NCBI GenBank assembly: GCA_012517355.1
Contig: JAAYVD010000172.1
Span: 64,081 to 128,080 of the forward strand
Length of the DNA stretch: 64,000 nt
Source of the DNA: Candidatus Rifleibacteriota bacterium
GTDB lineage: Bacteria > Muiribacteriota > Ozemobacteria > Ozemobacterales > Ozemobacteraceae
Reading direction: 5' to 3'
Position numbers and translations under genes: made by a program. The first letter of the stretch is position 1. Each line of letters opens with the position of its first letter. This document shows, piece after piece, positions 1 to 8,844 of the stretch. The notes under the pieces were generated by a model. It saw only the letters and a list, made by a program, of their open reading frames with translations, was not told where the DNA came from and made no database searches.

Positions 1-133
1 GACAGCCGGGCCACGTGCAGGGCGTGCAGCTCCGAGAGCGGGCCGACGTCGGACAGCAGCTTGCGGGCTCCGTGGACGGCCAGGGTGTCGGGCAGCAGGG
101 GCAGGTGGTCGGCGGCGTGGAATTCAAACGGCA
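1..133 (-). CDS. hypothetical protein, N-terminal fragment (gene runs off window start)
   Basis: ATG at 131-133 (minus) gives MPFEFHAADHLPLLPDTLAVHGARKLLSDVGPLSELHALHVARL with protein-like composition; overlaps stop of upstream CHAD gene; family not assignable from 44 aa. Confidence 0.3.
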
Positions 134-1281
134 TGGCGGGCGAACTCCTTTTTCCAGATGGGCGGACAGCTGCCCTCGGAGAACCAGCGGGCCAGCGATT
201 CTGACCAGTGCAGGGAAGCGAGGTTCCCGAGGAGCGAACGGGCGGCCCCGTAGTGGCGTTCGCGCTGGGCCGACAGGTCGGCCAGCACGTGCAAAAAAAC
301 CTTGCGGTGATCCCGGGGCGCTGGCAGGAAGCGGGCTTCAAGGTTGAGGCCCCGGGGGAACGGCCAGGGCAGTTCGGCCACCAGGGCGCGCACCAGGCGC
401 TGCCGGTCGCGGACCTGGCGGCGCCACAGTTTTCTGAGGGTCTCGGCGAGCAGATCGACGTCGTGGATCCAGCCGAGCAGGTCCTGGACGTTCTTGCAGA
501 CCTTCAGCAACCCGGGCGCCTCCTTGCCGAGGAAGGGCGCGAACAGTTCGACCGCGTAGCGCAGGCGCTTGAACTGGATGCGCAGGTCGTGCAGGGGAAC
601 CACCGTCTCTTGCGGCATGTCCCAGGCGATCGCGTGGGAGCGCCGCACGGCCTCGTCGAGCTCCGCCTGCAACACGGCCCGAACACCCTCGGGCACGGTG
701 GGCAGAGGACCGGGGCGGGGGTCGGGCAGGGGAAGGGTGCCGACCGCGGCGTGTTCGCGCACGAACTGCTGGAGCTCGGCGTCGAGCCGTCCCTTGCGGG
801 CGGTGAACCACGCGGTGACCTCGTCCAGGCTGGTCCGCACACCGGGCCGCGCGGGTGCCGGGATCTGGGCCAGCATCTCGAGCTGCACGTCGAGATCGCG
901 CAGGTCGTTGAATGCCTGCATGAACCCTTTCAGTTCGGCGCCCAGGGCCTTTGTCGCCGCCTCGTCGAGGAAGGGGGCGAACCCGCGCAGGGCGCTGCGA
1001 TACCGCCGGCAGGCCACGCGCAGGTCGTGGATGCTGTCGGCCGTCCATTCCCCGGCCACCCGTCCGAGCTCCTTCTGGAAGCCGACCCGACGGGTCTCCA
1101 GCATCTCCTGCAGAGCCCGGTGCAAGGCTCCACGGCCGCCGGGAGTGCCTCGCGAAGCCGGGCCGCCGCGCGAGGCCTGGTCGCGGGGAGAGGGGCCGGC
1201 CGCGGCGTGGGCCCGGACCGCCGGGCTGCGATGCGGGCCAGGGCGGGGTGGGGTGGGGCGGTTGGCGCGGGTCGTTCCCAT
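124..1281 (-). CDS. CHAD domain-containing protein (polyphosphate-associated domain), Pro/Arg-rich N-terminus
   Basis: ORF 124..1365; repeated helical CHAD-like motifs (HDLRVACRRYRSALRGFAPF, HDLRIQFKRLRYAVELFAPF); start chosen at second Met (1281) preceded by GAAAGAAGG-like RBS; 1365 also possible. Confidence 0.7.
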   Translation of the reverse strand: MGTTRANRPTPPRPGPHRSPAVRAHAAAGPSPRDQASRGGPASRGTPGGRGALHRALQEMLETRRVGFQKELGRVAGEWTADSIHDLRVACRRYRSALRGFAPFLDEAATKALGAELKGFMQAFNDLRDLDVQLEMLAQIPAPARPGVRTSLDEVTAWFTARKGRLDAELQQFVREHAAVGTLPLPDPRPGPLPTVPEGVRAVLQAELDEAVRRSHAIAWDMPQETVVPLHDLRIQFKRLRYAVELFAPFLGKEAPGLLKVCKNVQDLLGWIHDVDLLAETLRKLWRRQVRDRQRLVRALVAELPWPFPRGLNLEARFLPAPRDHRKVFLHVLADLSAQRERHYGAARSLLGNLASLHWSESLARWFSEGSCPPIWKKEFARHAV

Positions 1282-1473
1282 GTTCCTTCTTTCTGCGACA
1301 AATCGGGCCGCGACGAGGCCCTTTCTCCTGATATCGGCAACCCATCCGTCCTGCTCCAGGGGCACTTCCGACGTCGGGTCGGTCGGGCGCGGGAACGCGG
1401 CCAGGAGGCATGCCCGATGGGGAAAAAAGGGAAAGGGGCCGGTTTCCCGGCCCCGGTGCAGATGAAAGAACGG

Positions 1474-3762
1474 TCAGTGGATGTCGGTGACCTGGATGGT
1501 CTTGCGTTCGCCCTCGGTGTAGAGGACCCCCGCGAGGGTGACCCCCTTTCCGACCCATTGCGCCAGCGAGATCGAACTGACCGTATCGACGCTGACGAAC
1601 ATCGCCTGCAGGACGGCCCCGTCGTAGGCGGGATCGGCGCAGGAGAACACAAACAGGCCGGCCACCGGTTTGCCGCCGGCGGTGGCCTGCACGACCTTCC
1701 CCGGCACCCCGGAAAACTCGGCCGGGGGCGGGGGCAGCACGCGGGCGCGCGTCACGACGAGATACATGGGCCCGATGTCGTAGGAGGAAATGACGCCGGT
1801 CCCGGGGTATCCATCGACCACCCCGGGTTCGCCGGAGCTGCCCGGACCGCTGCCCGAGCCGCCGCCCGAGGAGTCGAGGGTGACGGACATCGGAATGACC
1901 TGGCCAGGGTCGGTGGGGAAGTCGGGATCGGTCGGGGCGACGGGCGTGTAGGGCGATTTCACCATCAGACCCTCAACCTCGACGAAGGCATACTGGGCGA
2001 GGTCGGCGAGATCGACCTGGGTCTCGGTCTTGGCGCCGGTCTCCGAGACTTTCGTCAGGGTGATCTTCTGGCCTGGTTCCTGGGCCAGCCAGGCGATGGT
2101 CGGGTTGAAGGCCGGGTAGATGGCGGGTTCGGCCCCTCCCCAGGCCGGGCTGGAACCAGCCGACATGACGCGGGCGAGCCCGACGGATTCGAGGCTGTGG
2201 GTGAAGGACCAGGACTCGCCCTCCAGGGTCATCGGGGTGGCGAGGGCCTGCACCCGGCCCGACAGGTTGATGGAATAGGGCGCCGCAGGATCAGGCCCGG
2301 TCACGACGGGCGGGGTGGGGAAGTTGAGGTTCTCGCCGGTCTGGGCCCAGATCAGGTAGGCGACGGCCTTGGCCTGCCCGGCGGTGAGCGGCGGGTTGAT
2401 GCCGGCGGCCACCTCCTGCACGCGGGTGATGAGCCGCTCGATGAACTGGTCCTGGAGGCGGACGAACCCGATGGCGCGGCCGGCCGGGTCGCCTTGCGGG
2501 GCCATCAGGGTCTTGTATTCCGAGTTGGCGCTGATCTCGACGCCCGAGCCGACGGCGTCGGCGCCGGTGAGGGAATCGTCGAACCCGTAGGCGGGGACCT
2601 CGATGGCGAACACCTTCCCGACCAGGTCGGGGGTGAAGTTCACTTCCATCAGGGCCAGGCTCAGATACTTGCCGAAGGTCAGAAAGACCTGGCCGTTGTC
2701 GGTGAAGAACCGCTGGATCTCGGCGGGCGTGCGGGCGGCCTCCAGGGCGGCGGCGATCTTTTCCACCAGGGCGAAGAATTCCTGGTAGCTGGCCTCCTTC
2801 GTGTCGGGCACGAGCGTCCTGACCGACTCGGTGACGACCTCGAGGAACCGGAGTTTGCGCTCCTTGAGCCGTTCCGTGGCGGTGGTCTGCCACTCGGCGG
2901 TGCGCTTGATCTCGGGCAGGAAGGGCTCGTAGACGAAGGTCTGATCCATGTCGTCCATGGCCTGGCGGTCGGTGGCGCTGAACCCGAGCTCGGCGGCCTT
3001 GGCGGCCAGTTCGCGGTCGAACAGCTTCCAACCCTCGGCCGGGGTCATCTCGCCCTTTTCGATGGCCTCGTTGATGCGTTGCTGCAGGTCGAAGGCGAAC
3101 TGGCGCAGGGCGGGGAGCTTCGTGCCGAACCTGGCTTCCATGGCCTGTTCGCGGGCGACCAGGTTCCGCACCAGCTCGGCGATCTTCCCTTCCAGCTCCT
3201 GGAGGGCCTCCTCGGGCAGGACGGACAGGACCTCGCCCAGGTTGATCTCCAGGTGCTTGCCGAATTTGGCGGCCTCCCTGACGATCTTCACGGGCAGGCC
3301 GGACTCGGGGTCCATGGTCGGGGCCCGCACCATGCGGCCGTTCACCACCATGGGCAGCAGCGCCTCGAACGAGCGGCCGTTCGCGGTGGCGCGCACGATC
3401 AGGTTCCGCAGGATGGCCAGCGAGGAGGTGAAGGGAATCTGGTAGTAGCCCTTGTCATCGGTGCGGCCGGCTCCGAGGGGGATCTCCACGCCGGTCGTCG
3501 GGTCGAGGGCGATCAGCTGCACGGCGGCGTTCTCGGCAGGGGTCTCGAGGGTCGCGGCCAGGTTGGCCCGGACCTTGTTGTTCAGGCTGGCCGTGCTGAC
3601 GTAGCCTTCGACGGTGCCCGTGGTGCCGGTGCCGGGCCCGACCGGGCTGATGAAGCCGCCGCCGCCCCCGCCGCCGCCGCCGCATCCGGTCAACAACAAG
3701 GAACAAAGAAAGGCCAGGAAGACGGCCAACGGCCGGAACTCTCTCTTGGCATGGGATCTCAT
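1474..3762 (-). CDS. large hypothetical lipoprotein
   Basis: Internal Met at 3762 gives MRSHAKREFRPLAVFLAFLCSLLLTGCGGGG (signal peptide plus lipobox LTGC) with AGGAGG RBS 5 nt upstream; GS-rich linker; no family match recognised. Confidence 0.7.
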   Translation of the reverse strand: MRSHAKREFRPLAVFLAFLCSLLLTGCGGGGGGGGGFISPVGPGTGTTGTVEGYVSTASLNNKVRANLAATLETPAENAAVQLIALDPTTGVEIPLGAGRTDDKGYYQIPFTSSLAILRNLIVRATANGRSFEALLPMVVNGRMVRAPTMDPESGLPVKIVREAAKFGKHLEINLGEVLSVLPEEALQELEGKIAELVRNLVAREQAMEARFGTKLPALRQFAFDLQQRINEAIEKGEMTPAEGWKLFDRELAAKAAELGFSATDRQAMDDMDQTFVYEPFLPEIKRTAEWQTTATERLKERKLRFLEVVTESVRTLVPDTKEASYQEFFALVEKIAAALEAARTPAEIQRFFTDNGQVFLTFGKYLSLALMEVNFTPDLVGKVFAIEVPAYGFDDSLTGADAVGSGVEISANSEYKTLMAPQGDPAGRAIGFVRLQDQFIERLITRVQEVAAGINPPLTAGQAKAVAYLIWAQTGENLNFPTPPVVTGPDPAAPYSINLSGRVQALATPMTLEGESWSFTHSLESVGLARVMSAGSSPAWGGAEPAIYPAFNPTIAWLAQEPGQKITLTKVSETGAKTETQVDLADLAQYAFVEVEGLMVKSPYTPVAPTDPDFPTDPGQVIPMSVTLDSSGGGSGSGPGSSGEPGVVDGYPGTGVISSYDIGPMYLVVTRARVLPPPPAEFSGVPGKVVQATAGGKPVAGLFVFSCADPAYDGAVLQAMFVSVDTVSSISLAQWVGKGVTLAGVLYTEGERKTIQVTDIH

Positions 3763-3842
3763 GGTGCCTCCTGCAAAACTCTTTTTTCGGGACCCATTAA
3801 TGGTACCCCAGATGGGGCCTCTCTTCAATATCGGACGGGACG

Positions 3843-3871
3843 ACCTCGACCCTGAGGGGGTGGTGTATAAT
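3843..3871 (+). promoter_or_regulatory. putative sigma70 promoter with extended -10 (TGTATAAT) upstream of DUF362 gene
   Basis: TGtATAAT at 3864-3871, about 45 nt upstream of the ATG at 3915; no good -35. Confidence 0.4.
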
Positions 3872-3914
3872 AGCCAACAGACCGGACCCACTCTCCCCTG
3901 AAAGGAGCCCGCCC

Positions 3915-5192
3915 ATGGCTTCTAGCGCCCCCGTGGCCATCCTGCGAACCTCGCCCGAACGGGTGCTCGAGGACTACCACGAGCTGATGAACCTGGCCGG
4001 CTACCGGGACGAGATCGCCCCCGACGCCGAGACCGCCCTCAAAGTCAACATCTCCTGGCACTTCTTCTACCCCGCCGCCTCGACCACCCCCTGGCAGCTG
4101 GAAGGGGTCATCCGGGCCATGAAGCGCGACGGGTACGCCCCCGACCGCATCCATGCCTGCCACAACCGCACCGTGGTCATCGATGCCCACCTCGGCGAGC
4201 GCGAGAACAAGCAGGTGAACGTGGTGCAGGCCCACGGCCTGGCCAACGTGCACCTCTACGAGACCGAGCAGTGGATGGACGTGCGCGAGGCGGTCGGTGA
4301 CCTGACGCGGAAGTTCCTGTGCCTGAACGAGGTCTACCCGCAGGGGTTCTCCATCCCGCGGCGGTTCGTCGGCGAAAACATCATCCACCTGCCGACCGTG
4401 AAGACCCACGTCTTCACCACCACCACGGGGGCGATGAAGAACGCCTTCGGCGGCCTCCTCAACGAGCGCCGCCACTGGACCCACCCCGTCATCCACGAGA
4501 CGCTGGTCGACCTGCTGATGATCCAGAAGAAGATCCATCGCGGCATTTTCGCCGTCATGGACGGCACCTTCGCGGGCGACGGCCCGGGGCCCCGCTGCAT
4601 GGTGCCCCACGTCAAGAACGTCATCCTCGCCTCGCGCGACCAGGTGGCCATCGACGCGGTGGCGGCGCGCCTGATGGGGTTCGATCCCCTGAAGGACCTG
4701 AAATACGTGCGGCTGGCCCACGAGATGGGCCTGGGGTGCGGCGACCCGGCGCAGATCCCGCTGGTGGGCGACCTCGAGGCGGCGCGCGAGAACTGGCATT
4801 TCGACGGGCCCTTCCGCGAGATGACCTTCGCCGCCCGGAACCAGCACCGCATCTACTGGGGACCCCTGAAGAAGCCCCTCGAATGGTCGCTGAAGACCTG
4901 GCTCGCGCCGTGGTCCTACCTCGCCTCGGTCTTCTACCACGACCTGTTCTGGTATCCGCTCTACGCCCGCGCCAAGGCCCGCCGCGTCATGCGCAGCCCC
5001 TGGGGCCGGCTGTTCTCGAACTGGGAACAGGCCCGCCCCGACGCCGCCGGCCGCGGCTACCCCGCCGACCAGTGGGGGGGCACGGCCCCCCTGAAGATCG
5101 ACAAGAGCCATGTCTGGCAGGGCCTCAAGCTCCTGGGCATGGCCATCGCCGAGTCGCCTGAATGGCTGGGAACCGGCCAGGACCGGCGGTGA
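3915..5192 (+). CDS. DUF362 domain-containing protein (cytoplasmic paralog)
   Basis: ORF 3915..5192; AAAGGAG RBS; conserved DUF362 core (KTHVFTTTTGAMKNAFGGL, GDGPGPRCM); paralog of TAT-exported DUF362 at 51662..52615. Confidence 0.8.
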   Translation: MASSAPVAILRTSPERVLEDYHELMNLAGYRDEIAPDAETALKVNISWHFFYPAASTTPWQLEGVIRAMKRDGYAPDRIHACHNRTVVIDAHLGERENKQVNVVQAHGLANVHLYETEQWMDVREAVGDLTRKFLCLNEVYPQGFSIPRRFVGENIIHLPTVKTHVFTTTTGAMKNAFGGLLNERRHWTHPVIHETLVDLLMIQKKIHRGIFAVMDGTFAGDGPGPRCMVPHVKNVILASRDQVAIDAVAARLMGFDPLKDLKYVRLAHEMGLGCGDPAQIPLVGDLEAARENWHFDGPFREMTFAARNQHRIYWGPLKKPLEWSLKTWLAPWSYLASVFYHDLFWYPLYARAKARRVMRSPWGRLFSNWEQARPDAAGRGYPADQWGGTAPLKIDKSHVWQGLKLLGMAIAESPEWLGTGQDRR

Positions 5193-5223
5193 GCCTCCGC
5201 CTCCCCCCCACGCGGGGTCCGGC

Positions 5224-5913
5224 GTGAACGGGCCCGCTTCCCCGGCCCCTCCTTCGGGGCGTCCGACCGACCGGGGCCGCTCAACAGCCCGTCCGCCTTT
5301 GCCATCCCCGGTCCGGGGATTGCCGTCGCGGGCGGCCTGGATCCTGCCATTGGCCGGGGCCGGGCTGATTTTCGCCCTGGCGCTTGGCGCGAGCCCGGCC
5401 ATCGCGGACGGCCCGCCCGCTGACGTCCAGGACGCGGCCCCGGTCGCCCCCGGTCCGGGGCAGGGCCCGGCCATCCCCGCCGCCGCCCCCTGCCCGCTCG
5501 ACCTGCTTCCCGAGATGCAGCCCCTGCCCGAAGAGGCGACCCTCGACCGCGCCGCCGTCCCGCCGGTCGATGTCGTCGGCGCTTTCCGCGCCGCCTGGGA
5601 ACCGGCGCGTTCGCCCCTGTTGTCCAGTCTGGACACACCACGTTTCGTTGACCTGTCCAGGTGGGCCCGGGGCGAGACGACCAGCTTCGTCCCGCCCGCG
5701 CGCTGGCCCGAGACCCTCGATCTGGAGCCGCTGGGGCGGGACCCGGCCACCGGCCGCTGGTTGTTCGGCCTGCCGCCGGAGCGGTCGCCCGTGGCCCTGC
5801 CCGCCCATTCCCCCCTCGTCTTCCGGCGGGTGGTGGCGTTCGCCTGGTTCGACCCCGGCTCCCGCCGGCTCGACCGGGTGATCCTCACCATCCGCGGCTG
5901 GCGCGAGGAATGA
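5224..5913 (+). CDS. hypothetical secreted protein (start uncertain)
   Basis: High GC3 frame with signal-peptide-like segment RGLPSRAAWILPLAGAGLIFALALGASPAIA-DG; candidate starts GTG 5224 or TTG 5299/5320; ends 31 nt before the moxR RBS. Confidence 0.4.
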   Translation: MNGPASPAPPSGRPTDRGRSTARPPLPSPVRGLPSRAAWILPLAGAGLIFALALGASPAIADGPPADVQDAAPVAPGPGQGPAIPAAAPCPLDLLPEMQPLPEEATLDRAAVPPVDVVGAFRAAWEPARSPLLSSLDTPRFVDLSRWARGETTSFVPPARWPETLDLEPLGRDPATGRWLFGLPPERSPVALPAHSPLVFRRVVAFAWFDPGSRRLDRVILTIRGWREE

Positions 5914-5944
5914 TCCCCCTGATCCCCGTCAAGGAGCCCGACCG

Positions 5945-7303
5945 ATGAGCGAACTCGACAAGAACCAGTTGATGCGCCTGGTGGTGGCCGAGGCCCTGCG
6001 TGACCGCCGGCTCGATGCCGAGGACAAGCAGAAGATCCGCGCCCTCGCCCTGGCCCTCGACGTGCCCCGCGAGGAGATCGAGGCGCAGGTCAGGGCCTGC
6101 GCCGCCGAGGCCCCGACCGCCGGGCCGGCCGAAGGATTCGACGCCGTCGCCGTCTTTACCGCCGCCTGCGAGGCGGCCGCCGCCGACCGTGTCCTGACCC
6201 GCCAGGAGGAGGAGCTGCTGTTCGCCCTGAAGGAGGTCCTCGGTCTGGGCGACGACCAGTACCACCGCGAGATGAAGGCGCTGCAGGAGAGATGCCGCAC
6301 CAAGGTCGGGTCGGTGGCGCAGGACGAGGAGGACCCGGGCGACCTCGACCCCGCCGCCATCAGCCCGGCCGAGATCATCGGGAGGATCATCGCCAACGTC
6401 GAGAAGGTCATCGTCGGCAAGATCGACGTGGTGCGGCTGATCCTGACCGCCGTCATGGCGAACAGCCACGTGCTGCTCGAGGACGTTCCCGGCACCGGCA
6501 AGACGATGCTGGCGCGCGCGCTGGCCACCTCGATCGACTGCGTCTGCAAGCGCGTCCAGTTCACGCCCGACCTGCTGCCGATGGACGTCACCGGCACGAT
6601 GGTGTTCAACCCGCAGTCCTCGGAGTTCACCTTCAAGCGCGGCCCCATCTTCACCAACGTCTTTTTGGCCGACGAGGTCAACCGCGCCACCCCCCGCACC
6701 CAGTCGAGCCTGCTCGAGGTCATGGAGGAACGGCAGGTCTCGCTCGACGGCGCCGCCTACCCGATGGCCCGCGTCTTCTTCGTGCTCGCCACCCAGAACC
6801 CGATCGAGCAGCACGGCACCTTCCCGCTGCCCGAGGCGCAGCTCGACCGGTTCCTGATGAAACTGACGATGGGCTACCCGGGCCCCGCCGGCGAGCGCAC
6901 CATGCTGGAAAGCCACGTGCGCGGCTCGCCGATCAGCGAGATCCGCCCGGTCGTCAGCCTGCGCGAGTTCGCGGCCCTCCAGACCTGGGTGCGGCGCCGG
7001 GTGACCGTGGCGCCCGAGGTCATGACCTACGTGCTCGGGGTCGTCCAGGCCCTGCGCGAGCACGGCGACCTCGCCCTCGGCCCCAGCCCGCGCGCCTCGA
7101 TCGCCCTGATGCGCGCCGGCATGGCCTACGCCGCCCTCGAGGGCCGCGATTACGTCATCCCCGACGACGTCAAGTTCCTGGCCCCGCGCGTGCTCGGCCA
7201 CCGGCTGGTGCTCAAGCCCGGAGCCCTGATCAAGAAGGTGCGGCCCGAGGACATCGTCGGCACCGTCCTCGGCCGCGTGGCCGTGCCGACGGTCAGGTCC
7301 TGA
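5945..7303 (+). CDS. MoxR-family AAA+ ATPase with ~130-aa N-terminal helical (TerB-like) extension
   Basis: ORF 5945..7303; AAGGAG RBS; Walker A GTGKT, FNPQ...FTNVFLADEVNRATPRTQSSLLEVMEE box typical of MoxR; N-terminal 130 aa is extra relative to canonical MoxR. Confidence 0.9.
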   Translation: MSELDKNQLMRLVVAEALRDRRLDAEDKQKIRALALALDVPREEIEAQVRACAAEAPTAGPAEGFDAVAVFTAACEAAAADRVLTRQEEELLFALKEVLGLGDDQYHREMKALQERCRTKVGSVAQDEEDPGDLDPAAISPAEIIGRIIANVEKVIVGKIDVVRLILTAVMANSHVLLEDVPGTGKTMLARALATSIDCVCKRVQFTPDLLPMDVTGTMVFNPQSSEFTFKRGPIFTNVFLADEVNRATPRTQSSLLEVMEERQVSLDGAAYPMARVFFVLATQNPIEQHGTFPLPEAQLDRFLMKLTMGYPGPAGERTMLESHVRGSPISEIRPVVSLREFAALQTWVRRRVTVAPEVMTYVLGVVQALREHGDLALGPSPRASIALMRAGMAYAALEGRDYVIPDDVKFLAPRVLGHRLVLKPGALIKKVRPEDIVGTVLGRVAVPTVRS

Positions 7304-7515
7304 GCGGGATCCCGCAGGCATCTGCCGCACGATGAGCGATGGGAGGCACCGGGCTGCCGCAGCGTGGGCAGGAAGGACGGTGGGCTGCGAGCCCTCACGG
7401 CCAGGACCTGCCTTGTCCGGCCACGTTGTCGAGGAATCTCGCCAGCAGAGGCTAGGGCAGGCCACGGACCGAAGCCGGGAAACGGGACACCAACCGGAAG
7501 GAGGAGGGTAGGGGA

Positions 7516-8844
7516 ATGGGCCTGTTCTATGGCCGCACCGGTGACACGTGGGGGCCCTCCCTGCCGACCACCCTGCGGGGCCTGCTCTGGTATCTGCTGT
7601 TCGGCGGCATCTTCCTGTTCCTGCCCCACAGCCGTGCCTCCTGGCAGGACTTCCGCCCCGAGGCCCTGTTCCTGGTCTACCTGCCTCTCGCCCTGTGGGG
7701 GGTCGCCTGGGCTTACGTCACCGCCGTCCGCGACGGGTTCCGCCTCACCGACCGGCGGCTGCCGGCCCTCTGCCTCGAAGGGGAACGCCTCGAGGTCGAA
7801 CTCGACCTGGAATACCATGGCCTGCTGCCCTTCACCCGCGTCCTCGCCCGCGACGGGTTCGACGCCTCCGACATCCTGCAGGGTCCCGAGATCCTCGTCT
7901 ACCCGTCGATGGCCGACCGCGCCGGCCGGCTCCGCCTGCGCTACGTGGTCGAGGCCAGCCGTGGGTTCGGCGACTTCTCGATCGGCCCCCTGCGCCTGGT
8001 GGTCAGCGACCCCCTCGACCTGTTCACCCGCGAGATCGACCTGCCCCTGCGCACCCCGCTCAAGGTGCTTCTCCACTCCCCGCCCCCCGCCGGGATCGAC
8101 CTCGACAAGGACAACGCCCTGACCCCGCTCGGTGACAGCCGGTCGACCCGCACCGGCTCCAGCCTGGAGTTCTACGGCATCAAGGAATACGCCTACGGCG
8201 ACGACATCCGCGCCCTGTGCTGGGCCAAGACCGCGCAGATCGGCCGGCCGGTGCTCAAGACGTTCGAACTCGACGCCCGCCCCGACGTGGTGATGGTGGT
8301 GAACACCAGCCTCGCCCAGGTCAAGGGGTTCGGGTTCGGCAACACCCTCAAGCGCATCCTGCGCCTGGCTTCCGGATTCCTGCACGTCTTCCAGGCGCGC
8401 GGCCTGACCGTGCGCCTGCTGCTGCCGGTCGACGACGAGCCGCGCGAGATCCGCATTCCCCCCGCCGCCGGCCATCACACCTTCGTGCGCGAGTTCTTCG
8501 CCGGCCTCGAAGGCAGCCGGCGGGTCGACCTGGCCGGCCTGCTCGAGGTGGCCACCGCGCGGGTCGGGCCGTCGACGGTGTTTTTGGTGCTGAGCCACAC
8601 CCTCGACATCCCGTTGGAACCGGTGATCGAGTGGCTGTTCGTGGCCCGCTCCCGCAACGCCAAGGTCGCCGTCTGGGTGCTCGACGACGCCGACCTGGTG
8701 CGGTTCAACGAGCAGCAGCAGAGCGAGCGGCTCGACAAGCAGGTGTTCGTCACGCGCATGGGGGAACTGGGCGTCCCCATCCGGCTCGTCCCCATCAGGG
8801 CCTCCGCCATCCGCGAAGCGGCCCGGCACGAGGGAAAGGCATGA
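7516..8844 (+). CDS. DUF58 domain-containing protein (MoxR partner), N-terminal TM helices
   Basis: ORF 7516..8844 with GGAGG RBS; canonical MoxR-DUF58 gene order. Confidence 0.85.
   Translation: MGLFYGRTGDTWGPSLPTTLRGLLWYLLFGGIFLFLPHSRASWQDFRPEALFLVYLPLALWGVAWAYVTAVRDGFRLTDRRLPALCLEGERLEVELDLEYHGLLPFTRVLARDGFDASDILQGPEILVYPSMADRAGRLRLRYVVEASRGFGDFSIGPLRLVVSDPLDLFTREIDLPLRTPLKVLLHSPPPAGIDLDKDNALTPLGDSRSTRTGSSLEFYGIKEYAYGDDIRALCWAKTAQIGRPVLKTFELDARPDVVMVVNTSLAQVKGFGFGNTLKRILRLASGFLHVFQARGLTVRLLLPVDDEPREIRIPPAAGHHTFVREFFAGLEGSRRVDLAGLLEVATARVGPSTVFLVLSHTLDIPLEPVIEWLFVARSRNAKVAVWVLDDADLVRFNEQQQSERLDKQVFVTRMGELGVPIRLVPIRASAIREAARHEGKA

Noticed and set aside
8217-8840. Upstream extension of the transglutaminase ORF overlapping DUF58 in another frame
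   Set aside because: DUF58 frame carries the conserved domain; transglutaminase has a clean ATGA-overlap start at 8841.
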